Source: Octopus bimaculoides
Taxonomy: Eukaryota
Assembly: GCF_001194135.2 (NCBI RefSeq)
Contig: NC_068985.1
Location: forward strand, 26,643,298-26,675,674
Reading direction: 5' to 3'
Length of the DNA stretch: 32,377 nucleotides
The position numbers and the translations under genes are program-made. Of this stretch, positions 12,946 through 24,018 are shown in pieces. Every line of letters starts with the position of its first letter. The first letter of the stretch is position 1. The notes beneath the pieces were generated by a model. That model saw only the letters and a program-made list of their open reading frames with translations. It did not search any database and was not told where the DNA came from.

Positions 12946-14090
12946 CTGACGAATCTATGCCAGCAAGCAGAAATAGAATGACATTTCTAAATACATGCAC
13001 AAAAATGATACACGTGTGTTTATGTAGATATACACACACCGATAGGTGTGTGTATATGCGTGCATATGTATTTATAAATATATATGCCTGTTAATATATA
13101 CATATCTATTTGTAGGTGTACGTAGAAACGACAACAAAAAGAACAGCACAAAATATTTCAAGCCTTTAAGGAAGTAGTAACTCGTACGATTCCAGAATCA
13201 AAAAAAAAATCCTTTACTTATCAGCCAAACAATAATGGTACTAAATGCAAAATGACAAAAGTGCAAGAATTGTCCTAAACTCTAAATAAGTGTCTAAATA
13301 TATATATTGTATTTTATAAATTATCAAAATTACAAAACCGTATCCCTCTGTATATATTTTTGAACATAAATTTATCGTGCACACAAATCCAAATTCCTCT
13401 GTAGTGCAATATACATCTCTCAGCTGGTTGCTAGTTTGCTTTCGCTCGATAATTCCCCCCCCCCACCTATTCATCAAGACCATACCAATATTGTTTTCAT
13501 AAGCGAATAAAGAACAAAAGCAAGTATATACAATGCCAGAGAGTGAGTGGGGTATACACCTTATTTTTCTTTAAAAAAATAAAAATTGTTTTAATTGATA
13601 AATATATATCCATCAAAAATGCCAAAAGCGAGGGTTCACTTATTATTATAATAAAATGGAAATAAAACTGGCATTGTAACAAATACTGTTTTATTCGGAG
13701 TAAGTAGTTTATTCAGAGGAATTCTAGCAACACAAAGTTTATTAGCATACAAAGGATGCATAGAAATATATTCCAAAACTTTGAACAAACTGAGAATAGT
13801 TTGCCGGGAATAGTTTTCAAATAGTTTTAAGTTTACAAATGGCGAACAACTAAACAGAAAGAAAAAAAAATTACATGTTAAAATTTAAATAACGAATATA
13901 GTTGTAAAGTGAAAAAGGTGAAATAAAAAAAAGTAAGAGTTATTAAATGTAAGAATGGTAATAATATAATAACAAAATACATAATTTTCTATTGTTGTTA
14001 TCAGGGCATTAAGTTTGACTAGTAACGCCAACAGAAATATATTACACACACATACACACACAAATAATAAGCACTTATTCACGCACCGAC

Positions 14091-14174
14091 CTGCAGATCT
14101 AAGTATGAGCATGTCCAAACATATCGGACAAGCTTGCCGATGCATAAGAAGGTTGCATGAAGTTATGGTCAATC
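14091..14174 (-). other. Candidate 84-nt exon (UTR or N-terminal)
   Basis: Flanks are tttactgtag|G ... CAG|gtcggt. One frame is open (LTITSCNLLMHRQACPICLDMLILRSA) and would splice in frame to the 12945 acceptor. Confidence 0.25.
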
Positions 14175-14271
14175 CTACAGTAAATAACCAATAACCATAT
14201 ATACCTGTGTGAAATACACGTTAGGTGATTTAGACCAATGAAAAGTTTCCTTTCGTACGGAGTACGGCAGC

Positions 14272-14480
14272 AAATTGGCAGTGTGGTTAAAACATCGAAC
14301 CGATTCTCAGTGTTCCGTGTTCAAATCTCGCTGTAATCAACTGTGTCCATTCGTCCTTTCGAAGATGATAAAAATGTGCCAATGCAGGGTGGTGGATTGG
14401 CAGAGCTGTTAGGTCATATGCGATACGTTATGGTATTTGTGTCAGTTCTTTATGTTCAGAGTTCAAATCCTGCTCTGACC
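14272..14480 (+). mobile_element. Two degenerate family D SINE heads
   Basis: TGGCAG...GTT(C)AAAT A/B-box-like pattern, also seen at 26745-26908 and 31199-31388. Confidence 0.6.
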
Positions 14481-14716
14481 TATTAGAGTGGTTGTCTTAA
14501 CTCATCGTCCGGTTTAACACCATTAGCTAGTGTATCTTTACCTGTGTATCTTTAGTGGTGTCCATTCTGTTACAAGCGTTCCGGTCAGGTCTCCGGTCTG
14601 AGGATAACTCTCCCTTCCCTTTTAACTTTGTGAATGTTGTGAGCATTGCTAGCTTTCCTGACTTTTAAAAAACGAAAATAAAGGAAAGAAATATTCATAG
14701 TAGAATCGCCAGAGCG

Positions 14717-14878
14717 CAGTGTCGTCTCAAAACACTGGGCAGTTGTCCAGGGGTGTCATGGGCCTAGGGGCCCAATTATGATTTATTTATGTCGTGGCTT
14801 GCCATTAATAAATAATTACAGTAGAGCCCAGTGCATTGATTTGCCTAGGGAGCCTATAATGCTGTTATGTCGGCCCTA
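14717..14878. mobile_element. Old hAT-type MITE (CAGGGCCG-like termini)
   Basis: Left end CAGTGTCGTCTCAA and right end TTATGTCGGCCCTA are degenerate inverted repeats. Flanks CCAGAGCG and CTTGAGCG match at 6 of 8 positions. Confidence 0.55.
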
Positions 14879-15204
14879 CTTGAGCGGAGAACATACTTAG
14901 TTACGGTCCCTTACAACTTTAAATCCCACTGAGGCCAACTTTGCCATACATATTCCAGGGGCCAATAAAATAAAGTACCAGTCAATTTACTGGCTACTCG
15001 CCCAAAATTTTATGTCCTTGTGCTAATCTCAGAAAACATCTATTAACATAAGCCGGAAAAACCAAACTAACAAAAGAATTAGTGATACAAGTGAAATAAT
15101 TTGTAAGATTTTAATGAAATTTACAAGTATGATTAGCAAAGCACGAAAATAAAATAGAGTGAAAATACATTTTCTCTCGGAAATGACATGTATTTCAGAT
15201 ATGA

Positions 15205-15335
15205 ACGAGGTTCGCGCGAGATCGCTCTTTGATTGGTTGATAGATTCTTGCTTCGAAATTCAAAATCGTTTACTTGAATGTGGACAGACTTGTCAGTAAA
15301 GTTGGCACCACCACCACCTGACTTCCTGGTGCACT
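15205..15335. promoter_or_regulatory. Promoter-like motif cluster in a CpG-enriched zone
   Basis: E2F-like TTCGCGCG (15211), inverted CCAAT box GATTGG (15231), TTCGAA (15252) plus TTCAAA (15259) CHR-like hexamers, and ETS-like ACTTCCTG (15321). A donor |GTAAGT follows at 15426. Confidence 0.55.
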
Positions 15336-16569
15336 TGTTCTATAAACTACATCATTATTGCTGTGGTCAACATTTATTCTGCACATTGTTACATTACTCT
15401 ATGCAAATGCAGCTATTTATTATTCGTAAGTTGGCCAATTGTTGCTTACTACTTTAAAAGTACAAATATATATATATCTGTGTATAATGCATTGTTTATA
15501 TATTTTATGTTTACTTCTCAGTTTCCTTTCAATAACAAACAGAACGTCAAACGATTAGATTCTAATAGTCGGTAACTGAATTAATAAAATTTCATCTGAA
15601 AGAGTTATTTATGCCATAATTATCTAACTGATGAGAATTTCAAGAGCGATAGAAGAATTTAAACTAAATCAGCTGATACGTTGTCAAATTAATCGTCGTT
15701 AGAATTAAATGACAGTTTTTATTTTTCCTTTGATTGGTACAGATTTTAAAGTTTACGTGTGTAGGAGTGGCTGCATTTCTATATAGTTTTGTTACTTCGA
15801 CACATTAAAATTTGACCATCTGGCTTGATTTTTTTTACCGTGGAAAAAGATCGGTAGACGTATTTTAGTTTGATTTACTCTCTACTTTCTTAATTTATGT
15901 TATTTGAATAATGCTCGTGAAATACATTGTACTACATTGGGGTCACGTTTTGAAAAAGTAGGTGTTTAAATATGGGTTATCGCTAAATCAAGTTGAATAC
16001 TTAAAGCTTAAATCAGCTACAGTTTTTCTATAACAATTTTTTACTTGCCTTTTTTTCTTTACGTGTACAGTAATTTATCCATCACTAAAATTATAGCGTT
16101 AATTATCTTTTTTTACTACACCAAATATGTTACTATCCATTATGCAACTGATTATCAAGTTCGATTGCTACGCAGAGCGGAAAAAAGAAATGACCCCCAC
16201 CCAAAAGCTGAAGTTTCGAACTACAGGCCGTTCAATTTTCAGATTTCGTGTTTCAACCCATATTGATTTATATTTCAGTTAGCTGTCTGGCACTTTAATC
16301 GCACAGGCGATGTGCCATTAAAATAGCAGTTCACATAATGAGTTTAAAAAACTGATTATAACACTGCAAGTATTATATAAAACTATTCACTTATTCCAAA
16401 ACTGACTGAAATAAAATTTGCCAGAACATTCAGATAGGAAAGACTAGCACTCAATACCAGATCTATACTCATTCTTGTTTTTTTATTAATGAGGCTGGTT
16501 TTTTTATTAATGATTCTGGGCGGAGACATGTCTACCTTGTAGCTTATAGATAATTTACATTTAATTTAC

Positions 16570-16571
<2 letters not shown>

Positions 16572-16622
<51 letters not shown>
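16572..16622. repeat. (TATC)n microsatellite
   Basis: Direct reading. Many other (TA)n, (CA)n and (AAT)n tracts occur, e.g. 767-817, 11121-11164, 20125-20190, 29670-29719. Confidence 0.95.
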
Positions 16623-16655
16623 ATCAAAATAAGCAACAAGGATATCCAAAGTTAA

Positions 16656-16743
16656 TGCAGTACGATCGTTTCATGCGACACCATTTATTTAAGCAATGTG
16701 AACATTACATCAAATGTAAAATGCAGAGCAATCCTCAGCTGCA
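16656..16743 (-). ncRNA. Type I hammerhead ribozyme with complete core
   Basis: Minus strand: UGCAG-CUGAGGA-UUGC[~51 nt]GCAU-GAAA-CGAUCG-UA-CUGCA. All conserved core bases are present, the triplet is GUA, and the predicted cut lies between 16661 and 16660. Confidence 0.8.
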
Positions 16744-17066
16744 CAAAGATATAGAAATTTACTGAAATTACATTTCAACAGAAGGACATATTTTTATAAC
16801 TACATTTAAGCTCTCCAAGTAGAAAGGAAGAATACAAAATACCATTTTGACTTAACCAGACCATACAGGCTAGTGAATAATTCTAAACAGATTTTTAACT
16901 GTCACTGATTTTATTTGTTTCTTTTTTGTTTCTGATTTATGGATCATCTTATCAAACCTAGTGATAAGTACCATATTCACCTTGAATCTGAATTATATAT
17001 CTATCTATATATATATATATATATATACATGTATAATTAATATTTAATTTGTATTCAATATATATA

Positions 17067-17154
17067 TGGCATTTTGGGCAAGTGGCTTCTACTGTAGCTG
17101 CAGGCCAACCAAAGTAAGTGGATTTGGTAGATGGAAACTGAAAGAAGCCCTTCG

Positions 17155-17185
<31 letters not shown>

Positions 17186-17345
17186 ATGTATATGTGTGTG
17201 TTTGTGTGTCTGCATTTGCCGGCCCCTCCCCCATCGCTTGACACCAGTGTTGGTGTGTTTACGTCCCTGTAACTTAGCAGTTCAGCAAAAGAGGTGGTGC
17301 TCCAGTATGGCTGCAGTCAAATGACTGCAACAAATAAAAGAATAT
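17067..17345 (+). mobile_element. 5'-truncated family A SINE
   Basis: Starts at the TGGGCAAGT core, has an internal (TA)n(TG)n tract, and ends CAAATGACTGCAACAAATAAAAG. Confidence 0.85.
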
Positions 17346-17351
17346 AAAATT

Positions 17352-17533
17352 TATCTTTTATTTGTTTCAAGATTGCAGTCATGCTGGGGCACCACCTTGA
17401 ATAATTTGTAAAATGGATAGGCCCTAATAATTTTTTTAAAGCTTGGGACTTTATCTGTCTTTTTTCCAAACCTCTAAGTTATGAGGATGTAAACACACCA
17501 ACACCGGTTGTCATGTGGTGGGGGAGGACACAG

Positions 17534-17565
<32 letters not shown>

Positions 17566-17704
17566 GACGGGTTTCTTTCAGTTTCAGCCTACCAAATCCA
17601 CTCACAAAGCTTTGATCGACTTGAGATGGAGGTGACATGCAGTAGGATTGAACCCAGAACCATGTGGTTGGGAAGCAAGCTTCTGACCACACAGCCACGA
17701 CTGC
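17352..17704 (-). mobile_element. Family A SINE, tail-to-tail with the previous copy
   Basis: Reverse-complement family A modules with an internal (CA)n tract. Confidence 0.85.
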
Positions 17705-17728
17705 ACCTCTCTTTCTCTCTCTCTATCT

Positions 17729-17900
17729 CATCATCGTCGTTTAATGTCTGCTTTCCATGCTGGCATGGGTTGGATGGTTTGACTGAGGGCTTGCGAGCCA
17801 GAAGGCTGCACCAGGCTCCAATGTTTCTACAGCTCCAATGTTTCTGGCAATGTTTTACAACTGGATGCCCTTCCTAACGCCAACCACTCTGAGAGTGTAG
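17729..17900 (-). mobile_element. RTE-type 3' UTR fragment
   Basis: Reverse complement of the 3' part of 11419-11706. Confidence 0.8.
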
Positions 17901-18404
17901 TGGGATGCAAAAAGCATTGTGTTTATTGGCTATCTTCAAAAGTGCCACACCATCAACAGAAAGTACTATGTCAGCTTGCTGAATCAGTTATGAAAGGCTG
18001 TGAAGACCAAACGTCCAGAATAACTGACAAAAGGGATCTTGTTTCATCAGGACAATAGTCCAGCACACAAGTCATTGGTTTCAGTGGCTGCTGTGTGTGA
18101 CTGGATTTGACCACCATTCCTATTCTCCTGATTTGGTGCTATCTGAATCTGTCTATCAGCTGTTCCCTAACATTAAAAAGTACTTGGCTGGGAATCAGTA
18201 TTGCAGTGATGATGACGTCATATCCGTTGTTGATAACTTTTTTGACTAACAGGAAGAAAGCTTCTTCACCAATGGAATCCAAGCACTAAAACAATGATGA
18301 AAGAAGTGTGTTGGCCACAAAGGGGACTATGTTGAAAAATAAAACTCATTTGATCACATTCCATGAGAGTATCTTGATCAGCCTATGAACTTTTCAGCCG
18401 ACCA
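17901..18404 (+). pseudogene. Mariner (DD34D) transposase C-terminal remnant plus 3' end of element
   Basis: Reads WDAKSIVFIGYLQK...ILFHQDNSPAH...HSYSPDL...LFPNIKK...KKCVGHKGDYVEK* (stop 18340-18342), with internal stops and a deletion. Confidence 0.93.
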
Positions 18405-18474
18405 TGAAAAATCAAAAAGTAGAAAGAATATTTGATTATTATACATTTTCTTATATTTTGAAAATTCTCTAGAC

Positions 18475-18766
18475 CAGGAGTTTTCAAACTGTGGTCTGCG
18501 GACCACAGGGTGTCCGCAAGGACAAGACAGGGGTTCCGTGGACAGCAAATACTTTTTATGGGCAATTTGATTTTATATATGTTTTTTAATCGAAATCTTT
18601 TAATTGACAATAAATCTATTTGTTAAATACTGTTAAATAAATAAATGTAAAAATATATGTTGTTTTAAGCAAATATTTATGTATAAATTTTATAAGGGGG
18701 TCCGGTCCCTAAGGTAAAGCCTGAAATATAAAGGGGTTCGCAAGTCAAAAAGTTTGAAAACCCCTG
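18475..18766. mobile_element. Intact hAT (Charlie/Buster-type) MITE
   Basis: TIRs CAGGAGTTTTCAAACT and AGTTTGAAAACCCCTG (1 mismatch in 16). Perfect 8-bp TSD CTCTAGAC at 18467-18474 and 18767-18774. Confidence 0.95.
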
Positions 18767-19867
18767 CTCTAGACTATATTGAACACATTGTTGTTTATCT
18801 AAAAAAAGAAAAAACTTTGGAAGCTAGCGTTAAAGCTCTGCAGTTCTGTATTATTGCAAAACTTGAATGAATGTAATAGAAATTGAATATTTGTACCATA
18901 GCAGCAAAGTTGTAAAAGCTGAAAAAAAAGAAAGAATTTTTTTCATATGAATAATCAATTTTGCATCTCATGCTATGGTGTATATATGTATATAGGCATA
19001 AATATACAGATAAATATTATTACATTAAAGCTCTTTAAGTTTTCACCTCTTCGTGTTTGCACCAGCAAATTGTTTTTGTTCCATACTCATCAACATTTGT
19101 TTGAACTGGCTGCCATTTCAATCAATCAATCAATTATTCAATATTTATCTCACGCTACTGGGATAAATAGTCAACTGAATAACTTCTTATGATTAGCCCT
19201 ATTGGTTTCAGCAGTGTCTCTTCTTCCAAACTATAACAACTATATAATTTGATCTAATCACTACAAATGAACAAAGGACTCATCTGTTACAAAGTGCTTC
19301 ATATGTCTGGCCGTAGGAAAATATTACCTTGCTTTGAAACAAGTGAGGGCTGGTGACAAGAAAAGTTTCCAGCTATAGAAAATATGCTTCAATAAACTCC
19401 ATCCAACCCATGCAAGCTTGGAAATGTGGACATTACAACTACGATGATGATGATGACGACGACAAAGAGACATGAGCTTTGAATGTGGAGGACCTGCAGA
19501 GACTTAAGAGAAATGGGTTTTGTATATACAAGTTAAATGAAAGGCAGAGTTTAGTAAGCTGCTAGGCATTAACAGTATAATGATGATAATGATATGTATC
19601 AGAAAAGGGATGATTGATTTGCATTGAAACATGGACAGTAAGTGTGATTGTCAGATTGAGTGCATGTAAATCAACTGGGTTTCAAAGGCAGTATCGAATG
19701 TATAAAGGAAAACAGGTAATATTAACGATAAAGAGATGTGAACGATAATGTTCTATGGACAGGTACTCTTTTTCATATTGCAATTAGTGAACAATGGTGC
19801 AGTTGGTTACAGGTTTCCAACGGACCAGTCTCTGATTCATTACATTTCTGATGGCATGAGTATCTGT

Positions 19868-20145
19868 TCATCATCATCATCATCATTCAACATCTATGTT
19901 TTTAACCAGGTATAGGTTAGACAGAATTCTGACTGATACTGAGGCGGATTTTCTATGGCCAGATGCTCTTTCTGTTGCCAACCCCATCTGTTTCCAAGTA
20001 AGGTGTCTAGCTATTTCCCCATAGCCAGACAGGCTTCCTATGCTAGACTGAAAATGAATAACATTACTTGCATGATGATGACGCTTGATTACAATCTCCA
20101 TGTGATCTCAAGACAAGGGTTCACACACACACACACACAAACACA

Positions 20146-20192
<47 letters not shown>

Positions 20193-20350
20193 TTATATGA
20201 CAGGCGTCTTGCAGTTTCCATCTCTCAAATCCATTCATAAGGCCCAAGACTATAGTAGAAGACATTTGCCCAAGATACCTTGCAGTGGAACTGAACCCTA
20301 GACCACATGGTTGGGAAACAAGCTTCTCGACCACACAGCCATGCTTGTGC
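19868..20350 (-). mobile_element. Family B SINE
   Basis: (CAT)n tail, middle domain TGTTTCCAAGTAAGG...AAGACAAGG, (CA)n tract, then the family A head. Confidence 0.8.
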
Positions 20351-22902
20351 CTATATCTGTAACTAGATGCAACACAAATATTTCAAGGTATTTCATTTGT
20401 AAAGCACTGGTTTTGCAGTTTTCTCGCTGATGTTTATATATTTCACCAATATACATCAGTGAAAGGTATACACTTACATGCACATATATATGACAGGCTT
20501 CCATGCAGTTTCTCTCAAATTCCACTCACCAGGTACTGGCTAACCTGAAGTTTTAGAAGATAACACCTTTTTAAAAGGCCACAAAGTGGAAGATGTCAAA
20601 CCTGGAACTTCTTAAACGCAAGGTTATGTTTGCATCCAGAGAGTAAATGATTTGGGAGAAACAACAAGCCTTGCTTAAGCCTTAAGCAGTCAAGCCTTAC
20701 AGGAGAAAGCTGTTGTGTTCCATCTTCCTTTCCCCCACCTCCCCTTGGTCCCTACTTTGGCAGCTGGTTGCTATCATGCCATCAACACTCGAGTCCTCCT
20801 GAGTCACACATCTGTCCTCTTATCACCATCCGTGTTGTGTCCTGCCCCACTCCAACCCTGCAGTCCAATTCTAACTACTACATTCAGCTTTCATTTCCCA
20901 GAATGTTGGCTTTCAGGAATTCCCTCTCTGTGCATGTTTCTAAAGGGACATTAACTGTGTCAGCTTCATCTGGCTGAAATGGCTTGCCTACAAAGACAGT
21001 AGGTTTGGCCTTTTCCTCTAGCATAATCTAACAGTAAAACAAAAAAAAAAAATCCCTTGACTGCACAATGAAATAAGCACAATCCCCCTTTTGATATCAA
21101 AATAATGGGTGAATGATCTGCAGTTTGGTGATTTAAAATATACTGGTATTAAAATTTTGGCTTAAGCAGATGAATGACTGATTATAATTATTAATAAGCG
21201 ATGTTACTAGCCCTTCCCTTTCAGCTGTAGTTTTTTATTTATTTATTTTCACTCATTTTCAGTCATTGTACTGTGCCCTTTCTGGAATACTGCTTTTTTA
21301 AGGGTTTTAGCCACTCATATTGACCCTAGTATATATTTCAGTCTGATACTTATTTTATCAATCACTATTTATCAAATGGCTAAGTTACAGTTTAGACATG
21401 GCACCAGTTATTACTCTGGTAATTATAAACATACACCCGTTGGTTTCCTTATTGTTTTCATCTTCCAAATTCTACTCTAATAATATTGGTCACTCAAGAC
21501 TGTAGCAGAAGATGCTTGTCCCAAAGTACTGCACACTGGAATCAAACCTGGTCCTATGTGGGTGTGATGGATTAAATTGAAATCTTTTGTCAGTCATATC
21601 GAGTTATTATTATTACATGACTGGTTAGAATATTAAATAGTTGTCTGATATCATTGTTAAAGCTATTGTCATATGTAATCCCTGCTTTTTCATCCCTTCT
21701 CCAGTCCCCTAATCTCTATGGCACACCTTCAATATATTTGTGAGTATTGATTTCTTTGACCAAGTACACTGCAAATTTTTTTTTATAAGGGTGTGAGCTG
21801 TTATGAATACAATGAACTCTTACTTATTTTATTGATCCCATCAGGATTTTTAATTGAAAACCTAGAAGGACAAAACTAACTGCAACATTATATTACTTCC
21901 CATTCCCTGCAGTCTTTGTTACTTCACCAACTCTATTTATTTATAAATATAAAATACCAAGCATTAATTACTCACTTCAATGCACCATTTTGTACAGGCA
22001 TAGAAATATTTCTGTTCTTTATTCCATTTGCTGGTAGCCATTTACTTCCCTATTGATTGTTGTATCATTTTTCCCTCTGGATTAAGTTATGGTTGCTTAT
22101 GTTGTCTTACATTTTTATGTAATACTGGCTTTTGTTTGTCTTGTATTTTCTTGCAGATTCACAGATACATGAACAATAAGGACCAACAGAACAACCCCAT
22201 TTAAATTTATATATAAAAATTCTTATTTTTGGATACTATCTGGCCCCTAAATCACTCTGTAGTTAACGTCACCTAACTCACTGCATGAGAACCGTGCTTA
22301 GACTTGTTTCTGTTGTCCTCTTCCTTTGCTCCCCTTTCTTTTATATTCAGGACTTGTTAGAGGGAACTGCTGTCAGTTTACTTTGAAGTGGGACAAAGCA
22401 GATGCAGTTTAGTATTTTTTTATTTTATTATTTCATAAGTTATTCTTTGACCGAAGTTCTATTCATGAGTAATGATTATTGTTGTTGTTTTTGTTTAGCA
22501 CAAACTCTGCTCTGGCTGAATAGTCTTATAACTACAAGCATTCCATCCTTGCCTATCCTTTCTTCTTGAAGTGATTGCATATCTAGGACTACACTATCAA
22601 ATATGTCCCTCTCTTGTCAGGACAGCTGGCTATGATAGGGAAGTTTGGCTGCTATCTCTGGTAGATAGAGCAATCATGTAATAGGCTCCTACCATAAATA
22701 ATGGCTTTAATATATTAGAATAAAAATCAGATTGTACATTAGTAAGTATTCTAAGTACCATTTCAGTTCTTGGTATCTAGTCATGGGGATTTGATTAAAT
22801 ACAGTACCCTGTATTTTTTAAAGCTGACTATTTCATTCACATTTTAGTCTATTTTCTAAAATTTAAAACTGTTATTGTTTCTGATTGTCATCATTGTTTT
22901 GC

Positions 22903-23119
22903 TTACTCTTTTACTCTTTTACTTGTTTCAGTCATTTGTCTGCGGCCATGCTGGAGCACCACCTTTAGTCGAGCAAATTGACTGTAGGACTTATTCTTTG
23001 TAAACCTAGTACTTATTTTATTGGTCTCTTTTGCCGAACCGCTAAGTTATGGGGACGTAAACACACCAGAATCAGTTGTCAAGCGGTGTTGGAGGGAACA
23101 AACACAGGCACAAACATAT

Positions 23120-23162
<43 letters not shown>

Positions 23163-23327
23163 TACGACGGGCTTCTTTCAGTTTCCGTCTACCAAATCCA
23201 TTCACAAGGCTTTGGTCGGCTCGAAGCTATAGTAGAAGACACTTGCCCAAGGTGCCACGCAGTGGGACTGAACCTGGAACCATGTGGTTGGTAAGCAAGC
23301 TACTTACCACACAGCCACTCCTGCGCC
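22903..23327 (-). mobile_element. Young full-length family A SINE
   Basis: Near-identical in reverse complement to 31388-31749, with CpGs retained. Confidence 0.93.
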
Positions 23328-23417
23328 TGATCAAACATTTATTATAACAGACATCATTGTAGCACTGTTCATTAAGATAAATAACACTGTAAAAGTCTCA
23401 ATATCACAGGTCTAAAA

Positions 23418-23615
23418 GACATTGCATAGAAGTATTTCAAGCCAGCTCTGCATAAACCAACATCTAACTTGAAAGTATTCCAAATCTGCTTTGCTCTAGT
23501 AGACATTTGGTACGGAAGTGTTCCAAGTCAGATGTTTGAGCTGATATCTAACTTGGATATATTCCAAGTTAGCTCTGCTGCAGCAGACATATTGCAAAGA
23601 AGTATTTCAAGTTAC
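23418..23615. repeat. Degenerate 41-43 bp tandem repeat (~5 units) with internal palindromes
   Basis: AAGTATT(T/C)CAA-like cores at 23430, 23473, 23516, 23557 and 23600. Confidence 0.75.
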
Positions 23616-23630
23616 CTTTGGCTAGGCATT

Positions 23631-23825
23631 TTATTCTTTTACTTGTTTCAGTGATTGGACTGTGGCCATGCTGAGGCATGGCCTTGAAGGGTTTTTAGTT
23701 GGGTAAATTGGCTTCAATTCTTATGCTTTTTAAGTCTGGTACTTATTCTATCAATTCCTTTTGCTGAATTGCTCTGTCAGAGACATAAATCAACTCTATT
23801 TGTCGAGTGGTGGAGGACAAACACT

Positions 23826-23861
<36 letters not shown>

Positions 23862-24018
23862 ACAGGATTCCACACAGTTTCCATTTATCATATTCTCTCA
23901 TTAGACATTGTTTGGCCAGGAGCTAAAGTAGAAGATGCTTGTCCAAGGTGCTGTGAAGTGGGGCTGAGCCTGAAACCACATGGTTGTGAAGCAAACTTTT
24001 AAACCACATAACCATGCC
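23631..24018 (-). mobile_element. Degenerate family A SINE
   Basis: Same modules as 22903-23327, more diverged. Confidence 0.8.

Noticed and set aside
14091-14140. CPICLDML resembling the start of a RING1/RNF2-type RING finger
   Set aside because: The remaining Cys/His ligands do not follow in this or the next candidate exon.
14276-14289. 14-nt match to the 5' part of miR-34 (TGGCAGTGTGGTTA)
   Set aside because: The rest of the mature sequence differs, no hairpin is evident, and it lies in a SINE A-box region.
20715-20995. GC-richer ORFs, possibly an exon or a Penelope 3' end
   Set aside because: No recognisable domain, stops in the frames following the acceptor-like site, and the hammerhead-like string lacks the CUGANGA core.
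22310-22420. Strong + strand acceptor (long pyrimidine tract, ttcag| at 22350)
   Set aside because: All three frames stop within ~65 nt and no good donor follows. It may be a UTR exon but cannot be supported.
23418-23615. CRISPR-like array (palindromic repeats at regular spacing)
   Set aside because: The inter-core segments are related to each other rather than unique spacers, the repeats are degenerate, there are no cas genes, and the context is eukaryotic.
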